Source: a virus
Lineage: Duplodnaviria > Caudoviricetes
Virus record (IMG/VR): IMGVR_UViG_3300037963_003349
Location: 1-50,035 of that record
DNA length: 50,035 bases
Reading direction: 5' to 3' (one strand)
Part shown: piece after piece, positions 17,863-27,708 of the stretch
Numbering within the stretch: position 1 is the stretch's first letter
Layout: each line of letters begins with the position of its first letter
Notes under the pieces: model-generated
The model's database searches: none
Seen by the model: only the letters and a program-made list of their open reading frames with translations
What the model was told of the DNA's origin: nothing
Made by a program: the position numbers and the translations under genes

Positions 17863-18285
17863 ATGGCTAGACCTTATCTAGGTGGATCAAGCGCAGGAAT
17901 CAAATCATTGACTGCTAGTGCAACTCTTCAAGATGCAGATAGTGGAAAAGTGATTTTGTTTACACCGCCTTCAAGTGCGGGTGCTTTGGTAATGACTTTG
18001 CCAGCAGTTTCTAATGTTGGATTGGAATTTACAATTGTACAGATAAGTGCTTATGACACTGCTGTATGTAAAATCTTATCTGCTGAAGGAAACAACTTTG
18101 TTGGCAATATAGATGCACAAACTGGAACTGGTGACAATGCTGTTGCTACTGATGATTTTATTCAGTTCGGTTCAGCAACCGTTGCTGGTGACTTTGTGAA
18201 GCTAGTATCTGATGGCAGTAAGTGGTATGTCGTTGGAAGTTGTTCTAAAGTAACCTCAAACGGAATGGCGTTTGGCGCAAGTTAA
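17863..18285 (+). CDS. Putative capsid decoration/minor structural protein
   Basis: Beta-rich TLPA...GLEF...LVSDGSKWYV pattern; co-transcribed with the capsid gene before the terminator. Confidence 0.6.
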   Translation: MARPYLGGSSAGIKSLTASATLQDADSGKVILFTPPSSAGALVMTLPAVSNVGLEFTIVQISAYDTAVCKILSAEGNNFVGNIDAQTGTGDNAVATDDFIQFGSATVAGDFVKLVSDGSKWYVVGSCSKVTSNGMAFGAS

Positions 18286-18307
18286 AACACATAACACACA
18301 TAACAAT

Positions 18308-18327
18308 GGGGGAGTTTCGGCTCCCCC
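18308..18327 (+). terminator. Hairpin terminator/attenuator after the capsid genes
   Basis: GGGGGAG-TTTCGG-CTCCCCC with a UUCG-type loop; lacks a clear U tract. Confidence 0.55.
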
Positions 18328-18342
18328 AAAGTTGTAGGAAAT

Positions 18343-18606
18343 ATGACACAAAAAGAATTGATTGAAACCGTAAAGCAACATCACCCTGAATTAGGGGAAA
18401 CACAAATACGGATATTTTTAAACAGAGCCTTGGATGAGTTCTGTCGTAAAACTCGAATTATTAAAACACTTTATCAGTTTAATACCGAGCCAGGCCAAAG
18501 GTATTATGATTTAGATGATAGCATTATTGAAGTAACTCGATTGGATTACGACAGTTATCAAATTCCAAGACTTACAAGTCCCCCTGAGAAAACAGATGTC
18601 ACTTGA
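18343..18606 (+). CDS. Head-tail adaptor-like protein, N-terminal-type part
   Basis: FLNRALDEFCRKT...GQRYYDL resembles podovirus adaptor N-termini. Confidence 0.65.
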   Translation: MTQKELIETVKQHHPELGETQIRIFLNRALDEFCRKTRIIKTLYQFNTEPGQRYYDLDDSIIEVTRLDYDSYQIPRLTSPPEKTDVT

Positions 18607-19006
18607 CGATAAAACAAATGCATTAAAAAAAGTATGGTGGGTAGAAAGAGATTCTATAGGAATTGCTTCTACATCAGATACAGATGAAACGTCTACATAT
18701 GTTTCTGTAGATGAAGTAAAAACGGTAAATGTTCATGCGGTTAAGCACGATCAAAATTTTGTTGCCTCTGGATCAGGTATTGACATGACAGATGGAGCAA
18801 ATGGAACACCGAATATACCTAGCGAATTTCACGATGCTTTGGCTCAATACGCTATAGCAAAAGGATACGAACTAAGTCCTGAAGGATTGCAATCTGCAGC
18901 TTACTTTAGGAATTTATGGAATATGTGCATTACAGAAGCAAAACAGTATTCCAATCAGGATAGGCTTGGCAGTCAGGCATATACAATACAACAACAAGAT
19001 TTTTAA
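18596..19006 (+). CDS. Head-tail adaptor-like protein, C-terminal-type part
   Basis: PNIPSEFHDALAQYAIAKGY resembles adaptor C-termini. Confidence 0.65.
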   Translation: MSLDDKTNALKKVWWVERDSIGIASTSDTDETSTYVSVDEVKTVNVHAVKHDQNFVASGSGIDMTDGANGTPNIPSEFHDALAQYAIAKGYELSPEGLQSAAYFRNLWNMCITEAKQYSNQDRLGSQAYTIQQQDF

Positions 19007-19236
19007 TGATAGAAATAGTTACAGGAAGTGATTATTGGGAAACAATTGCATTTACATGGAGTGCAATTACGTTTCCTTTAACGTGGGATGGATTGACTTC
19101 TTTTTCTGAAATATCGGTAGCAAGTACTTCTTTTACGGAGTTTAGTACTGCATCCACTTCTTTTTCTTTACTCTCTACTGCAAGTACTTCTTACAGTGAG
19201 CAATCAACAACATCAACAACATTTACGGAAGCATGA
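19006..19236 (+). CDS. Small Ser/Thr-repeat structural protein
   Basis: 10-aa repeats (TSFxExSxAS), coupled stop/start. Confidence 0.6.
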   Translation: MIEIVTGSDYWETIAFTWSAITFPLTWDGLTSFSEISVASTSFTEFSTASTSFSLLSTASTSYSEQSTTSTTFTEA

Positions 19237-20849
19237 CTGGAGATTTTCAAACACGAATAGAAGATATTATTGGCTCCGTTGGTGATACAACTTTAATTAC
19301 CAATTCTATTCAAGAAGTAGGGGCTGAAATTGTACAGGTATTACCTGAAGATAAATTATTGTACAATGTAAAAACAACAGCAATTTCTTCTTCAGGGGTC
19401 ACAGTAGATGATAAAAAAGTAATAGCAGTAGATAAAAGCGATATTCCTGCAAGGGAAATTCCTGCTATTATGAAGGGGAAGTATAACTCTACTTCTTCTA
19501 TTTATTCTGCAAGTGATACAGATCCTGTGTTTTACATAGAAGATAAAAAAGTATACATCAATGGTGCGGCAGGAAGTGGTCCGACTTCTGGTACATTGCA
19601 TTATGTACCTAAGATACCTACAAGCGATGGCACTACAGCCATTGCATACAATAGTTCTGCTACATCAAATTTTCCAGTAGAAGCAGAAAACTTACTGGTA
19701 TTAGGTGGAGCAGTAAAATGCTTACAAAGGTTACTTGCAGATAAAACTGCTAGTTTACCAACCGATATTAGCGAACCTTCTTTACCTGTTTCTCCTGCAA
19801 ATCCATCTGCGCCTTCATTTACTTATAATGATGCAAGTGTATCTGATATTGTACAGCCAATTGTTTCTATTTCAGATATGGCAGTATTAACAGAAAGCGC
19901 ACCATCGTATGTGCCTCCAGTATTAACCTTGGGTTCTGCCCCAACTATTTCAGATTTAAGTATTTCATTGGCAGTACCAGTTGCTCCTGCTTTAACATCA
20001 AACTCTGTCAGTTTTAGCACAACTGCTCCAGTATATACTCCTCCAGTTGCTTCACCGTCTTTTAGTACAGTAGATACGTTTATTTCTACGGATGAAGATA
20101 TTGAATTGGCAGGAGCCAAGATACAAGAGATCAATTCTCAAATAGGAGAGTATCAAGCCAATATACAAAATCAATTAAATGTATTTAACGATGCGAATGT
20201 TGAATACCAGGCTGAACTGCAAAAGGCAATACAAAATGCTCAATTATCTCAAACTGACGATGCTCAAGCGTTACAAAAATATTCTGCTGAGATCCAAGCT
20301 TATCAAGCTCAAATTGGTAAAGAAGTACAGGAATATCAGCAAAACATGGAAGGCGATTTAAGAGTATGGCAAGCTGAAAGGCAAACCGATCTTCAAAAAT
20401 ACGGAAGCGATATTCAAAGTGCATTGCATACATTTAATGAAAGCAATGTTGTTTATCAACAAGATATTCAAAGAAAGATTCAAAACTTTCAAAAAGAAAT
20501 TCAATCTGCTATGCAAAACGTACAGCAAGAGTTTGGAACTCGTAAAGCAAACTTAGACAAAAATGTCCAACTCGATTTACAAAATGCTATAAACAATTTT
20601 CAAAAAGATGTACAAGAATACAAATCAACTTTAGAAAAATACCAATCGGATATTCAAGATTATCAATCTGAAGTAGGTGCTACCATTCAAAAGTATGGTG
20701 CTGATGTACAAAACTATAATGCAAAGATCCAAAAACTTATGACTGACTATTCCTGGAAACAAGGTCAGTACCAACAACTAAAAGCCGAATACAATCAAGG
20801 CTTACAATTATTAATAGGCGGTGGTATTCCGCAACAACAAGGAGCTTAA
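19233..20849 (+). CDS. Tail/adaptor-like structural protein with Pro/Ser linker and Gln-rich coiled coil
   Basis: 538 aa in the tail module; repeats of LQKYxxxIQxYQ. Confidence 0.65.
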   Translation: MTGDFQTRIEDIIGSVGDTTLITNSIQEVGAEIVQVLPEDKLLYNVKTTAISSSGVTVDDKKVIAVDKSDIPAREIPAIMKGKYNSTSSIYSASDTDPVFYIEDKKVYINGAAGSGPTSGTLHYVPKIPTSDGTTAIAYNSSATSNFPVEAENLLVLGGAVKCLQRLLADKTASLPTDISEPSLPVSPANPSAPSFTYNDASVSDIVQPIVSISDMAVLTESAPSYVPPVLTLGSAPTISDLSISLAVPVAPALTSNSVSFSTTAPVYTPPVASPSFSTVDTFISTDEDIELAGAKIQEINSQIGEYQANIQNQLNVFNDANVEYQAELQKAIQNAQLSQTDDAQALQKYSAEIQAYQAQIGKEVQEYQQNMEGDLRVWQAERQTDLQKYGSDIQSALHTFNESNVVYQQDIQRKIQNFQKEIQSAMQNVQQEFGTRKANLDKNVQLDLQNAINNFQKDVQEYKSTLEKYQSDIQDYQSEVGATIQKYGADVQNYNAKIQKLMTDYSWKQGQYQQLKAEYNQGLQLLIGGGIPQQQGA

Positions 20850-20851
20850 TT

Positions 20852-21301
20852 ATGAGCGTAGTAAGATGGAGCGTAAGCGTCACCCCAGAAGTTACTGAAC
20901 CAGTTGAAGCTGGAGGGCATCAAGCATTTACAACATTGCATGAAGATATAGGTAGAACATTAGGAGGATCAGGTTCTATTACTTGGTCTGAAACTATTCA
21001 AGACAGCAATTGGGCAGGAGGTGTACATACAGAAGAATTAGCACAAGCAACAAGTGGAAATGGAATAGCAACTGCAGCTTGCGATATGTTGTTTGTTAAA
21101 CACTCTGGATTTCAAGACGTAGCTCACACTACTGCATCTTCTGATAGACTGGATATTAGAGACAATTCAAATCCTGCGTCAGGTAACACAATTATTTCTA
21201 TAGGCCCAGGGGAAGCTATTTGCTTACCAAAACCTGAAATAGCAATGTATTTATTAGCAGAAGCAAATACAGTATCTGTTGAATGGGCTGAATTAACATA
21301 A
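20852..21301 (+). CDS. Hypothetical structural protein
   Basis: 149-aa beta-rich ORF, AAGGAG RBS. Confidence 0.7.
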   Translation: MSVVRWSVSVTPEVTEPVEAGGHQAFTTLHEDIGRTLGGSGSITWSETIQDSNWAGGVHTEELAQATSGNGIATAACDMLFVKHSGFQDVAHTTASSDRLDIRDNSNPASGNTIISIGPGEAICLPKPEIAMYLLAEANTVSVEWAELT

Positions 21302-21362
21302 AATTTATCAACATGCCCATGAGAAAAGTCAAGCTCGGTAAGGCATAAGAAGGAGAAACAAG

Positions 21363-21638
21363 ATGGCTGATTTACAAAAATATTCTGTAAAAGAATCCCT
21401 AAACCAAATGGTGTACGACTACGCAGTAGCAGTAATACCTTCTGATGGAGCAGATATATCAGGTGCGCCTTATAAGGCATTGTACGTTGGAGTAGGCGGA
21501 GATGTAAAGTTGGATTTACATGGTACAGGCAGTGCTATTGTATTTAAGAACTTAGCAAGTGGGCAATTACTACCTATTGTGTTTGATCGTGTATATGACA
21601 CAGGAACAGATGCAACCAACTTAGTGGCATTAAAATAA
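21363..21638 (+). CDS. Head-spike base protein (RcGTA Rcc01079-like)
   Basis: AVIPSD...ALYVGVGGDV...GQLLPI...RVYDTGTDATNLVAL is characteristic of this family. Confidence 0.8.
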   Translation: MADLQKYSVKESLNQMVYDYAVAVIPSDGADISGAPYKALYVGVGGDVKLDLHGTGSAIVFKNLASGQLLPIVFDRVYDTGTDATNLVALK

Positions 21639-21772
21639 TGTTAGGCGCAATACGTATAACTGCAATTACAAATTTCTTTCAGGAGATCTATGATACAGGA
21701 TGGTCGGGAGCAGAGGCGACTCAATTGGATTGGACTGAACAAACATTAACATGGGATGAAATAGGATTATAA
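21638..21772 (+). CDS. 44-aa hypothetical peptide (spike-associated?)
   Basis: Hand-read MLGAIRITAITNFFQEIYDTGWSGAEATQLDWTEQTLTWDEIGL; exactly fills the gap. Confidence 0.6.
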   Translation: MLGAIRITAITNFFQEIYDTGWSGAEATQLDWTEQTLTWDEIGL

Positions 21773-21773
21773 G

Positions 21774-24700
21774 ATGGCAAGTTTAGCAGGATCACAGATA
21801 AAAGACTCATATGTCTCACTTTTAAAATTAGATGGTAACACAGACTCAACTGCGGCTGGTAATGGCAGTAATGCAGTACAAATAAAAACTGGAGACAACG
21901 ATGCAACTCCACTTTATTTAAATACAGATAGGCTTGGAATAGGTGGTCAGCCTTCAGCCAAATTACAAGTTGAAGAGTCTACTCATGGAGCAGATGTTCA
22001 AATTAATATGAGGTCATTAAATGATAGCGGAACTGGTAGGACTACTGCTATAAAGTTTGACCCAGATGCAAGAAAAATGCACTTTGGTGAAGATTTTACT
22101 AATTTAGTTTTAGATACAAGCAATGTTAGAGTCGGCATTGGAAATGACTCACCAGAGTCTTTATTGCACGTTCAAGGTGATACAACAGCACAAGTACAAT
22201 TACATAATACCTCTTCTGGAAATGCTCCTAAATTGCTTTTTGATGGTTTAGTGGGTGCAAATCCAGATTATGTGCTTGGCTCAATAAGAGCTTCATGGGA
22301 TACGCATACTAATATAGTGAGTGAGATTAGATTTGAATCTGGTACTGATACAACTAATAAAGATGATGGTGTAATTACTTTTTGGACATCTTCAGCATCT
22401 AGTTCAGTTGCAGAAAGGATGAGAATAAGTCCTACTGGCTCAACTACAATATATGGAAATCAATTTATTGAAGGTACAGATGCTTTCTTGCAATTCCATG
22501 ATACAGGAGAAACTGCTAATGCTGGTGCTGGTATTTTTACTATTAAAAGCGATAATGACCAGCTTGATTTTATGGGAAGGGCTGATGATGCCAGTGGAAA
22601 TGTAAATGGAATTAGCTTACTAAGAACAGGAGTTGCTAGGTTTCATCAAAATGTTGGTATCGGTGGAGCAAATTCAGTAGCATCATTAGACATAATAAGA
22701 ACAAATGATTCAGCACCTCACCTTTCATTACAGCAATCAGAATCAAGTGGTACTACTTATAATATATTGAGTGATGATGCTGGTTCTTTCTCAATTAGAG
22801 AAGGTGCTGATACAAGATTTATAATAGATACTAATGGTAGAATAAGTATCAATGACTCGAGTTCTACTAAGCGATTAAACGTATTCGATACTGATAATGC
22901 GGCTGGTAGATTTACTCGTAGTACAGCTAGTGCAACTACAGGACATTTATCAGATGCATTTGTTGTCAGAGGCAAAACTGGTGGCGATATGGCAGATGGT
23001 TTTGGTACTATGATAGCTTTTGAAATTAATGATAGTGCTAATTCTGATAATAGCATTGGTGGTTGTGGTATGATGAGGGATGGGGCTGATAATAGTGGAA
23101 AATTCTTTATAGCCAATAATAATGCTGGTACTTATTCTACAAATTTTTATGTTGATAAAACAGGAAATGTCAGTATTGGAACAGATTCTGTAATTAATTC
23201 TACCATAGGAAGCACATCTGCAAAGTTTTTAGATGTTGATGGTGGCTCTTATATGGGTATTATAACATTAGCAAGAACTACTACAGGTAATAACAATAAT
23301 TTAGGAAGTCTACAATTTGTTAATAAAGATAATGCTGATTCAGCCAATAATGATGCTGATGGTGAATTAGTTTCATATATTACATCTACAGTTGCAACTA
23401 GCGACTCAAATGGTGGAGATGATTCTGGTGCAAATTTATTATTTTATACAAAGCCAGAAAGTGGAACAATAGCTAAGCGTTTCGTGATTGGCTCAGATGG
23501 AAATATTACACACTATGGTTCAGGAGCAACAACTTTTACGATTGAAGCACCAACAGGAGGTAATGATAGTGCCGCTCTTTATATTGAAGGTGGCCCTACT
23601 GGTTCTGGGGGTGATGCTAAAATTCTACTTAAATCACAGAATGGTACAGAAAATAAAAATTGGTGGGAATTTAGAGCAGATGCTGGCGATGATGTATATT
23701 ATATAAAAAATGGAAATAATGATTTATGGGCTTTTGAACATTATGAAACTGGTGGTCATTTTTTTCCTGTTACAGATAGCACTCATGATATAGGAAAATC
23801 TGATAAAAAAGTAAAAGATGTTCATGCTGATTATGTACTATCTCAAGGCAATCAAAACCATGTAGCCAATACAATGTCCTCTCCATATTATAGATTTGAT
23901 GGTGAGAATGACCAAATAGATATTGCTGATAATGTAAATTTGGATTTGTCAGATGCTCTTTCAATAGAATGTTTATTTAAGACAGAAGCTATTGATACAT
24001 ATCAAGAATTAGTAAATAAAGCAGATGCTGCTCAAGCATATTCTACTCCATATAGATTAAATATTACTAATGCAGGCCTATTACATGGTGTTATTGCAAA
24101 TGGTTCTTCTTCAAATACCGCTGTTACTTCATCTCAATTAACTGCTGGTCAATGGTATCATGCAGTTTTTACAGCCGATGGAAGCAATTTAAAATTATAT
24201 CTAAATGGAACATTAGTAGATACTGAAAGCCAATCAATTACTCCAGAAACACAAAATGGTATTTTAACTATTGGTAGATGGGGAGATAGTGGAGCAGAAT
24301 ACTACCCTCTTCTTGGCGAAATGCAAAAAGTTAGGCTTTATAACAAAGCCTTAACTGCTACAGAAGTAAAAGAAATGTATTCTGGTGCAAGTGTACCTTT
24401 TAAATACAAGTTTGGTGGTGAAAAAATAATATCTTCTGGAGATAGAGTTCCATCTGGAAGTGTTGGAAATTGGGTATTTAATGGAACTTCTGGAGGTGAT
24501 CGTGCTTGGGATAGTACATTAAGTGCAATTAAAGTTACTTCTGGTGGTTCTGGAACAGTTACAGCAAGAGGTCATTTAGCTACTTCAAATTTAACAACTT
24601 TTAAAGAAGGTCAAATTTTTGAAATTACTGCTGAAGTTTATATCCCATCATCAAATGGAACTTGGACAAGTCTTGCTGTAAGGCAGTCTGATATGGGTGG

Positions 24701-25382
24701 TGGTAGTACTACAGTAAACGATACTGTTGCAAATGTAAGTACAAAAGATTCTTGGCAAAGTTTAAAATCAACTGTAACGCTCGGAACTGATGTAACTGGC
24801 TCTATTGAAATTGATGGAGATACTACAAGTGGTTCAGGTCAAATATTTTATTTCAGAAATATATCTGTACAAATTAAAGGTTGTGTAGCTGAATATGATG
24901 GTAGTGGAATAGCATCTGATAAATGGTTTGATAAATCTGGTAATGATTTACATGGAACTGTATCTGGTGCAACTGTAGAAAATGCTCCCGCTAATGATGA
25001 TGGTTTGGTTTATGAGGAAGGTACTTGGACACCAGCTTTTAATGCGAGTGGAAGTGCTACAGTAACAGAAAATCATTATGTAAGAATTGGTAATTGGGTT
25101 AGGTGTCAAGCAAAACTTGATAACATTCAAAGTGGTGGTAGTAGTACAGCAGTTATTATTACAGGATTACCTTATGCTCCAAAAGACAATACCTCATCTG
25201 GTACTGTAATGCACAACGAGATAGATACACAATCTACCAATAATGGAATTGTCCCTTATATAAACACGAGTAGTGAAGTTTATTTATATGAAAACATAGA
25301 TGATGGAGCGTGGTTAGATCTGAAATGGTCACAGATTGTGAATAACGATGATGCAAGAATAACATTTGATTATATGGTCTAA
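21774..25382 (+). CDS. Tail fibre/receptor-binding protein with LamG (ConA-like) domain
   Basis: Repeated (R/N)VGIG...P...L fibre units; LamG motif QWYHAVFTADGSNLKLYLNG...VRLYNKALTATEV; C-terminal YEEGTWTP...YVRIGNWV domain. Confidence 0.85.
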   Translation: MASLAGSQIKDSYVSLLKLDGNTDSTAAGNGSNAVQIKTGDNDATPLYLNTDRLGIGGQPSAKLQVEESTHGADVQINMRSLNDSGTGRTTAIKFDPDARKMHFGEDFTNLVLDTSNVRVGIGNDSPESLLHVQGDTTAQVQLHNTSSGNAPKLLFDGLVGANPDYVLGSIRASWDTHTNIVSEIRFESGTDTTNKDDGVITFWTSSASSSVAERMRISPTGSTTIYGNQFIEGTDAFLQFHDTGETANAGAGIFTIKSDNDQLDFMGRADDASGNVNGISLLRTGVARFHQNVGIGGANSVASLDIIRTNDSAPHLSLQQSESSGTTYNILSDDAGSFSIREGADTRFIIDTNGRISINDSSSTKRLNVFDTDNAAGRFTRSTASATTGHLSDAFVVRGKTGGDMADGFGTMIAFEINDSANSDNSIGGCGMMRDGADNSGKFFIANNNAGTYSTNFYVDKTGNVSIGTDSVINSTIGSTSAKFLDVDGGSYMGIITLARTTTGNNNNLGSLQFVNKDNADSANNDADGELVSYITSTVATSDSNGGDDSGANLLFYTKPESGTIAKRFVIGSDGNITHYGSGATTFTIEAPTGGNDSAALYIEGGPTGSGGDAKILLKSQNGTENKNWWEFRADAGDDVYYIKNGNNDLWAFEHYETGGHFFPVTDSTHDIGKSDKKVKDVHADYVLSQGNQNHVANTMSSPYYRFDGENDQIDIADNVNLDLSDALSIECLFKTEAIDTYQELVNKADAAQAYSTPYRLNITNAGLLHGVIANGSSSNTAVTSSQLTAGQWYHAVFTADGSNLKLYLNGTLVDTESQSITPETQNGILTIGRWGDSGAEYYPLLGEMQKVRLYNKALTATEVKEMYSGASVPFKYKFGGEKIISSGDRVPSGSVGNWVFNGTSGGDRAWDSTLSAIKVTSGGSGTVTARGHLATSNLTTFKEGQIFEITAEVYIPSSNGTWTSLAVRQSDMGGGSTTVNDTVANVSTKDSWQSLKSTVTLGTDVTGSIEIDGDTTSGSGQIFYFRNISVQIKGCVAEYDGSGIASDKWFDKSGNDLHGTVSGATVENAPANDDGLVYEEGTWTPAFNASGSATVTENHYVRIGNWVRCQAKLDNIQSGGSSTAVIITGLPYAPKDNTSSGTVMHNEIDTQSTNNGIVPYINTSSEVYLYENIDDGAWLDLKWSQIVNNDDARITFDYMV

Positions 25383-25418
25383 TTGGATAATTAGATTGGA
25401 ACAAAATAGGAGTTAGTA

Positions 25419-25805
25419 ATGGCATTAGAAAAAGTGGTCGAAGTAGATCAAATTGAAGTAAAAGGCGAGTTTTCTATTCAAGTGAGAACAGCCACAAAAG
25501 TTATGGATGATGGACAACAGATTGGTAGCGTAGGCTATCATCGTCATGTTGTAACTCCAGATTCTATGCTTTCATCAGAAGATGCAAAGGTAAAAAAAAT
25601 TGCTGAAGCATTATGGGGTGACGAAGAAAAAGAAGCATGGTTTGTTTCAAAAAATGGACACCCAAGTGGTGAACCAGCAGATAGTTGGAGTGAAGTACAA
25701 TTGCAAATATATTTAAGTAAATATAGCGTAGAGTATAAAGAAGACGATGCTAAATCTGCATTGTTAACTAAAGCAAAAGCTAAATACGCTGAATTAAACG
25801 GTTAA
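25419..25805 (+). CDS. Tail fibre-associated protein (chaperone-like)
   Basis: DQIEV...IQVRTAT...YHRHVVTP, directly after the fibre gene. Confidence 0.65.
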   Translation: MALEKVVEVDQIEVKGEFSIQVRTATKVMDDGQQIGSVGYHRHVVTPDSMLSSEDAKVKKIAEALWGDEEKEAWFVSKNGHPSGEPADSWSEVQLQIYLSKYSVEYKEDDAKSALLTKAKAKYAELNG

Positions 25806-25816
25806 GGAGTCTCATA

Positions 25817-26143
25817 ATGAATTGGGCAAAATACGCTGATAAAAAAGGCAAGACAGCCGATTTTAAAAGCAAAGAAAGAGTAGTGCAAGAAGCTGTTTCA
25901 GAAGTAAAAGATGAAGATGGCAAAGTTGTACGTCAAGCAGTAGAGGAAAAGAAAGAATCATACGTTGCTATGGTAGAAAAAAGATGGGATTCTGAAAGTG
26001 GCGAAGCATTAGCTGATAACGAAATAGAATATTCTTTATCATATTTAGAATTTGAAAAGGCAAGATATGATGCTGATATGGCAAGAGCAAAAGCACAATC
26101 TGATGGATTGAAAGCTGCGATTGATGATTTCAAGAAACTTTAA
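25817..26143 (+). CDS. Hypothetical protein
   Basis: 108 aa, AAGGAG RBS. Confidence 0.75.
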   Translation: MNWAKYADKKGKTADFKSKERVVQEAVSEVKDEDGKVVRQAVEEKKESYVAMVEKRWDSESGEALADNEIEYSLSYLEFEKARYDADMARAKAQSDGLKAAIDDFKKL

Positions 26144-26165
26144 TTAACAAAACAAGGAGTTACTA

Positions 26166-26411
26166 ATGGCAAAAAAAGAAAAAGAAATGCCTAAAGAAAA
26201 CGTAATTACTCTTTTTGATAAAGAGTATAAAGAATCAGAACTATCTGATGAGCAAAAAGTAATGATTAATCACGTAGCTGATTTAGAAAGAAAAATTCAA
26301 TCTTCTGAATTCAATCTTCAACAGCTACGTTTTGGTAAGCAGGCTTTTGTAGATGCTTTACAAGTTAGTGTGGATAAAAAAGATGAACCAAACGATAAGA
26401 AAGAAGAGTAA
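26166..26411 (+). CDS. Hypothetical coiled-coil protein
   Basis: 81 aa, AAGGAG RBS. Confidence 0.75.
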   Translation: MAKKEKEMPKENVITLFDKEYKESELSDEQKVMINHVADLERKIQSSEFNLQQLRFGKQAFVDALQVSVDKKDEPNDKKEE

Positions 26412-26413
26412 CG

Positions 26414-26677
26414 GTGACTTTGTGGTTGAGTATAAACAAGAAGACAGCATCAGCACATCTTACAATATTCCTGTTCGGTATATCTATGCTGACTAATTGT
26501 TCAACAGGTTGGTCTGTGGGGGGATACGAGTTGTCTCCCCAAGACACTTTAACCAATACGGTTTTTGTGGAAATAGTAGATCAAGATTCTGTGACTCATT
26601 GGTATCATGGAAGGATAAACGACGATGCAAATTGGTGTTATAGACACGATGAATGGGAAGACATTAGGATCAAGTGA
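26414..26677 (+). CDS. Putative lipoprotein (lysis module)
   Basis: Hydrophobic signal ending in lipobox-like LTNC. Confidence 0.5.
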   Translation: MTLWLSINKKTASAHLTIFLFGISMLTNCSTGWSVGGYELSPQDTLTNTVFVEIVDQDSVTHWYHGRINDDANWCYRHDEWEDIRIK

Positions 26678-26997
26678 GTGATAAGCCACAAACAGCTAGA
26701 AGTTATCGAGGTGCTATTATTGATGATAATGCTGTCATTTCCCTTAATATCAAGTGGCTTGGACAAATCATATTACTTGTTGGCTGTTTTGTATATGGGT
26801 ATTGGCGCATTGAGTCTCGATTGGCATCATTGGAAGATAAAGTTACTGCTGCAGATAAACAGATTGGGGATTTACTTAGTAAACATATCGTGGAAGAAAG
26901 GGCTGAAAGACAAGAGTTGGCAGAAAAGGTAGCCTTTTATGAAAAAGAATTCAACATTAACCCATTGTCCTGGGGAAAGAAAAAGCGGAGTAAATAA
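26674..26997 (+). CDS. Membrane protein with coiled coil (lysis module)
   Basis: One TM segment (WLGQIILLVGCFVYGYW) followed by a coil. Confidence 0.65.
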   Translation: MSDKPQTARSYRGAIIDDNAVISLNIKWLGQIILLVGCFVYGYWRIESRLASLEDKVTAADKQIGDLLSKHIVEERAERQELAEKVAFYEKEFNINPLSWGKKKRSK

Positions 26998-27314
26998 TGG
27001 ACTTTATGGCACTTTACAACGAAGGGGGAATGGTTGCTGTCGTAGGCGCAATGTTTATGTTTCTTGTCTACAGCTTAAACAAAAGATCTAGTGAACAGGC
27101 TCAAACATTAGAAGATTTAAAAATTGAAAACAAAGGCCAATCGGAAACATTGGAAAATATGGAAGGCATGATAATTAAGTTAATTGACAGATGGAACAAG
27201 TCAGACGAAACAAGGGATAGAAGGCACGAAAAAATGGTAGAGGAACTGAATGACCAAAGTTCAATTTTAATGGAAATAAAGGGCAATTTAAGCCGAATAA
27301 ACGGTAAACATTAA
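26997..27314 (+). CDS. Putative holin-like membrane protein
   Basis: N-terminal TM (GGMVAVVGAMFMFLVY) plus coil, upstream of the endolysin. Confidence 0.55.
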   Translation: MDFMALYNEGGMVAVVGAMFMFLVYSLNKRSSEQAQTLEDLKIENKGQSETLENMEGMIIKLIDRWNKSDETRDRRHEKMVEELNDQSSILMEIKGNLSRINGKH

Positions 27315-27529
27315 TGCCAACAGATCAAGATTTATATGGGATGTTAGTCAAGCTAGACGAACGTCAAAAAACATTATTTAATATGATGATAAAGGTGGAA
27401 AAACATTTGGAAAAATTGAATGGAAAAGTGGATTCACATGAAGTAACGATGGCTCAATTGAAAGTATATGGAACTATTGCTATAGTGACTTTTCCAGTCA
27501 TAGTAAACGTAATTATGGAGATACTATAA
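27314..27529 (+). CDS. Coiled-coil protein with C-terminal TM (holin/XhlA-like)
   Basis: HLEKLNGKV followed by a hydrophobic tail. Confidence 0.55.
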   Translation: MPTDQDLYGMLVKLDERQKTLFNMMIKVEKHLEKLNGKVDSHEVTMAQLKVYGTIAIVTFPVIVNVIMEIL

Positions 27530-27708
27530 TGTTGGCAAAAATGATAGCAGATGAAATGTTTTCAGAAGAAGCAAAAGATGAATTATTAGATGAAATCAAC
27601 AAATCCGTTGATATTCCAATAATTAGTGAAAAAACCGAAAGGGCAATTCTAGATGCTTTATGGAAAGTGATAAAGGCTGTATTCTATAAAAAACTAGGAA
27701 TTGCATAG
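27529..27708 (+). CDS. 59-aa hypothetical protein
   Basis: Hand-read MLAKMIADEMFSEEAKDELLDEINKSVDIPIISEKTE...; exactly fills the gap, GGAG RBS. Confidence 0.65.
   Translation: MLAKMIADEMFSEEAKDELLDEINKSVDIPIISEKTERAILDALWKVIKAVFYKKLGIA

Noticed and set aside
19095-19230. CRISPR-like or DGR-like nucleotide repeats
   Set aside because: The 30-nt periodicity is explained by 10-aa protein repeats. No repeat-spacer array, cas gene or reverse transcriptase was seen in the window.
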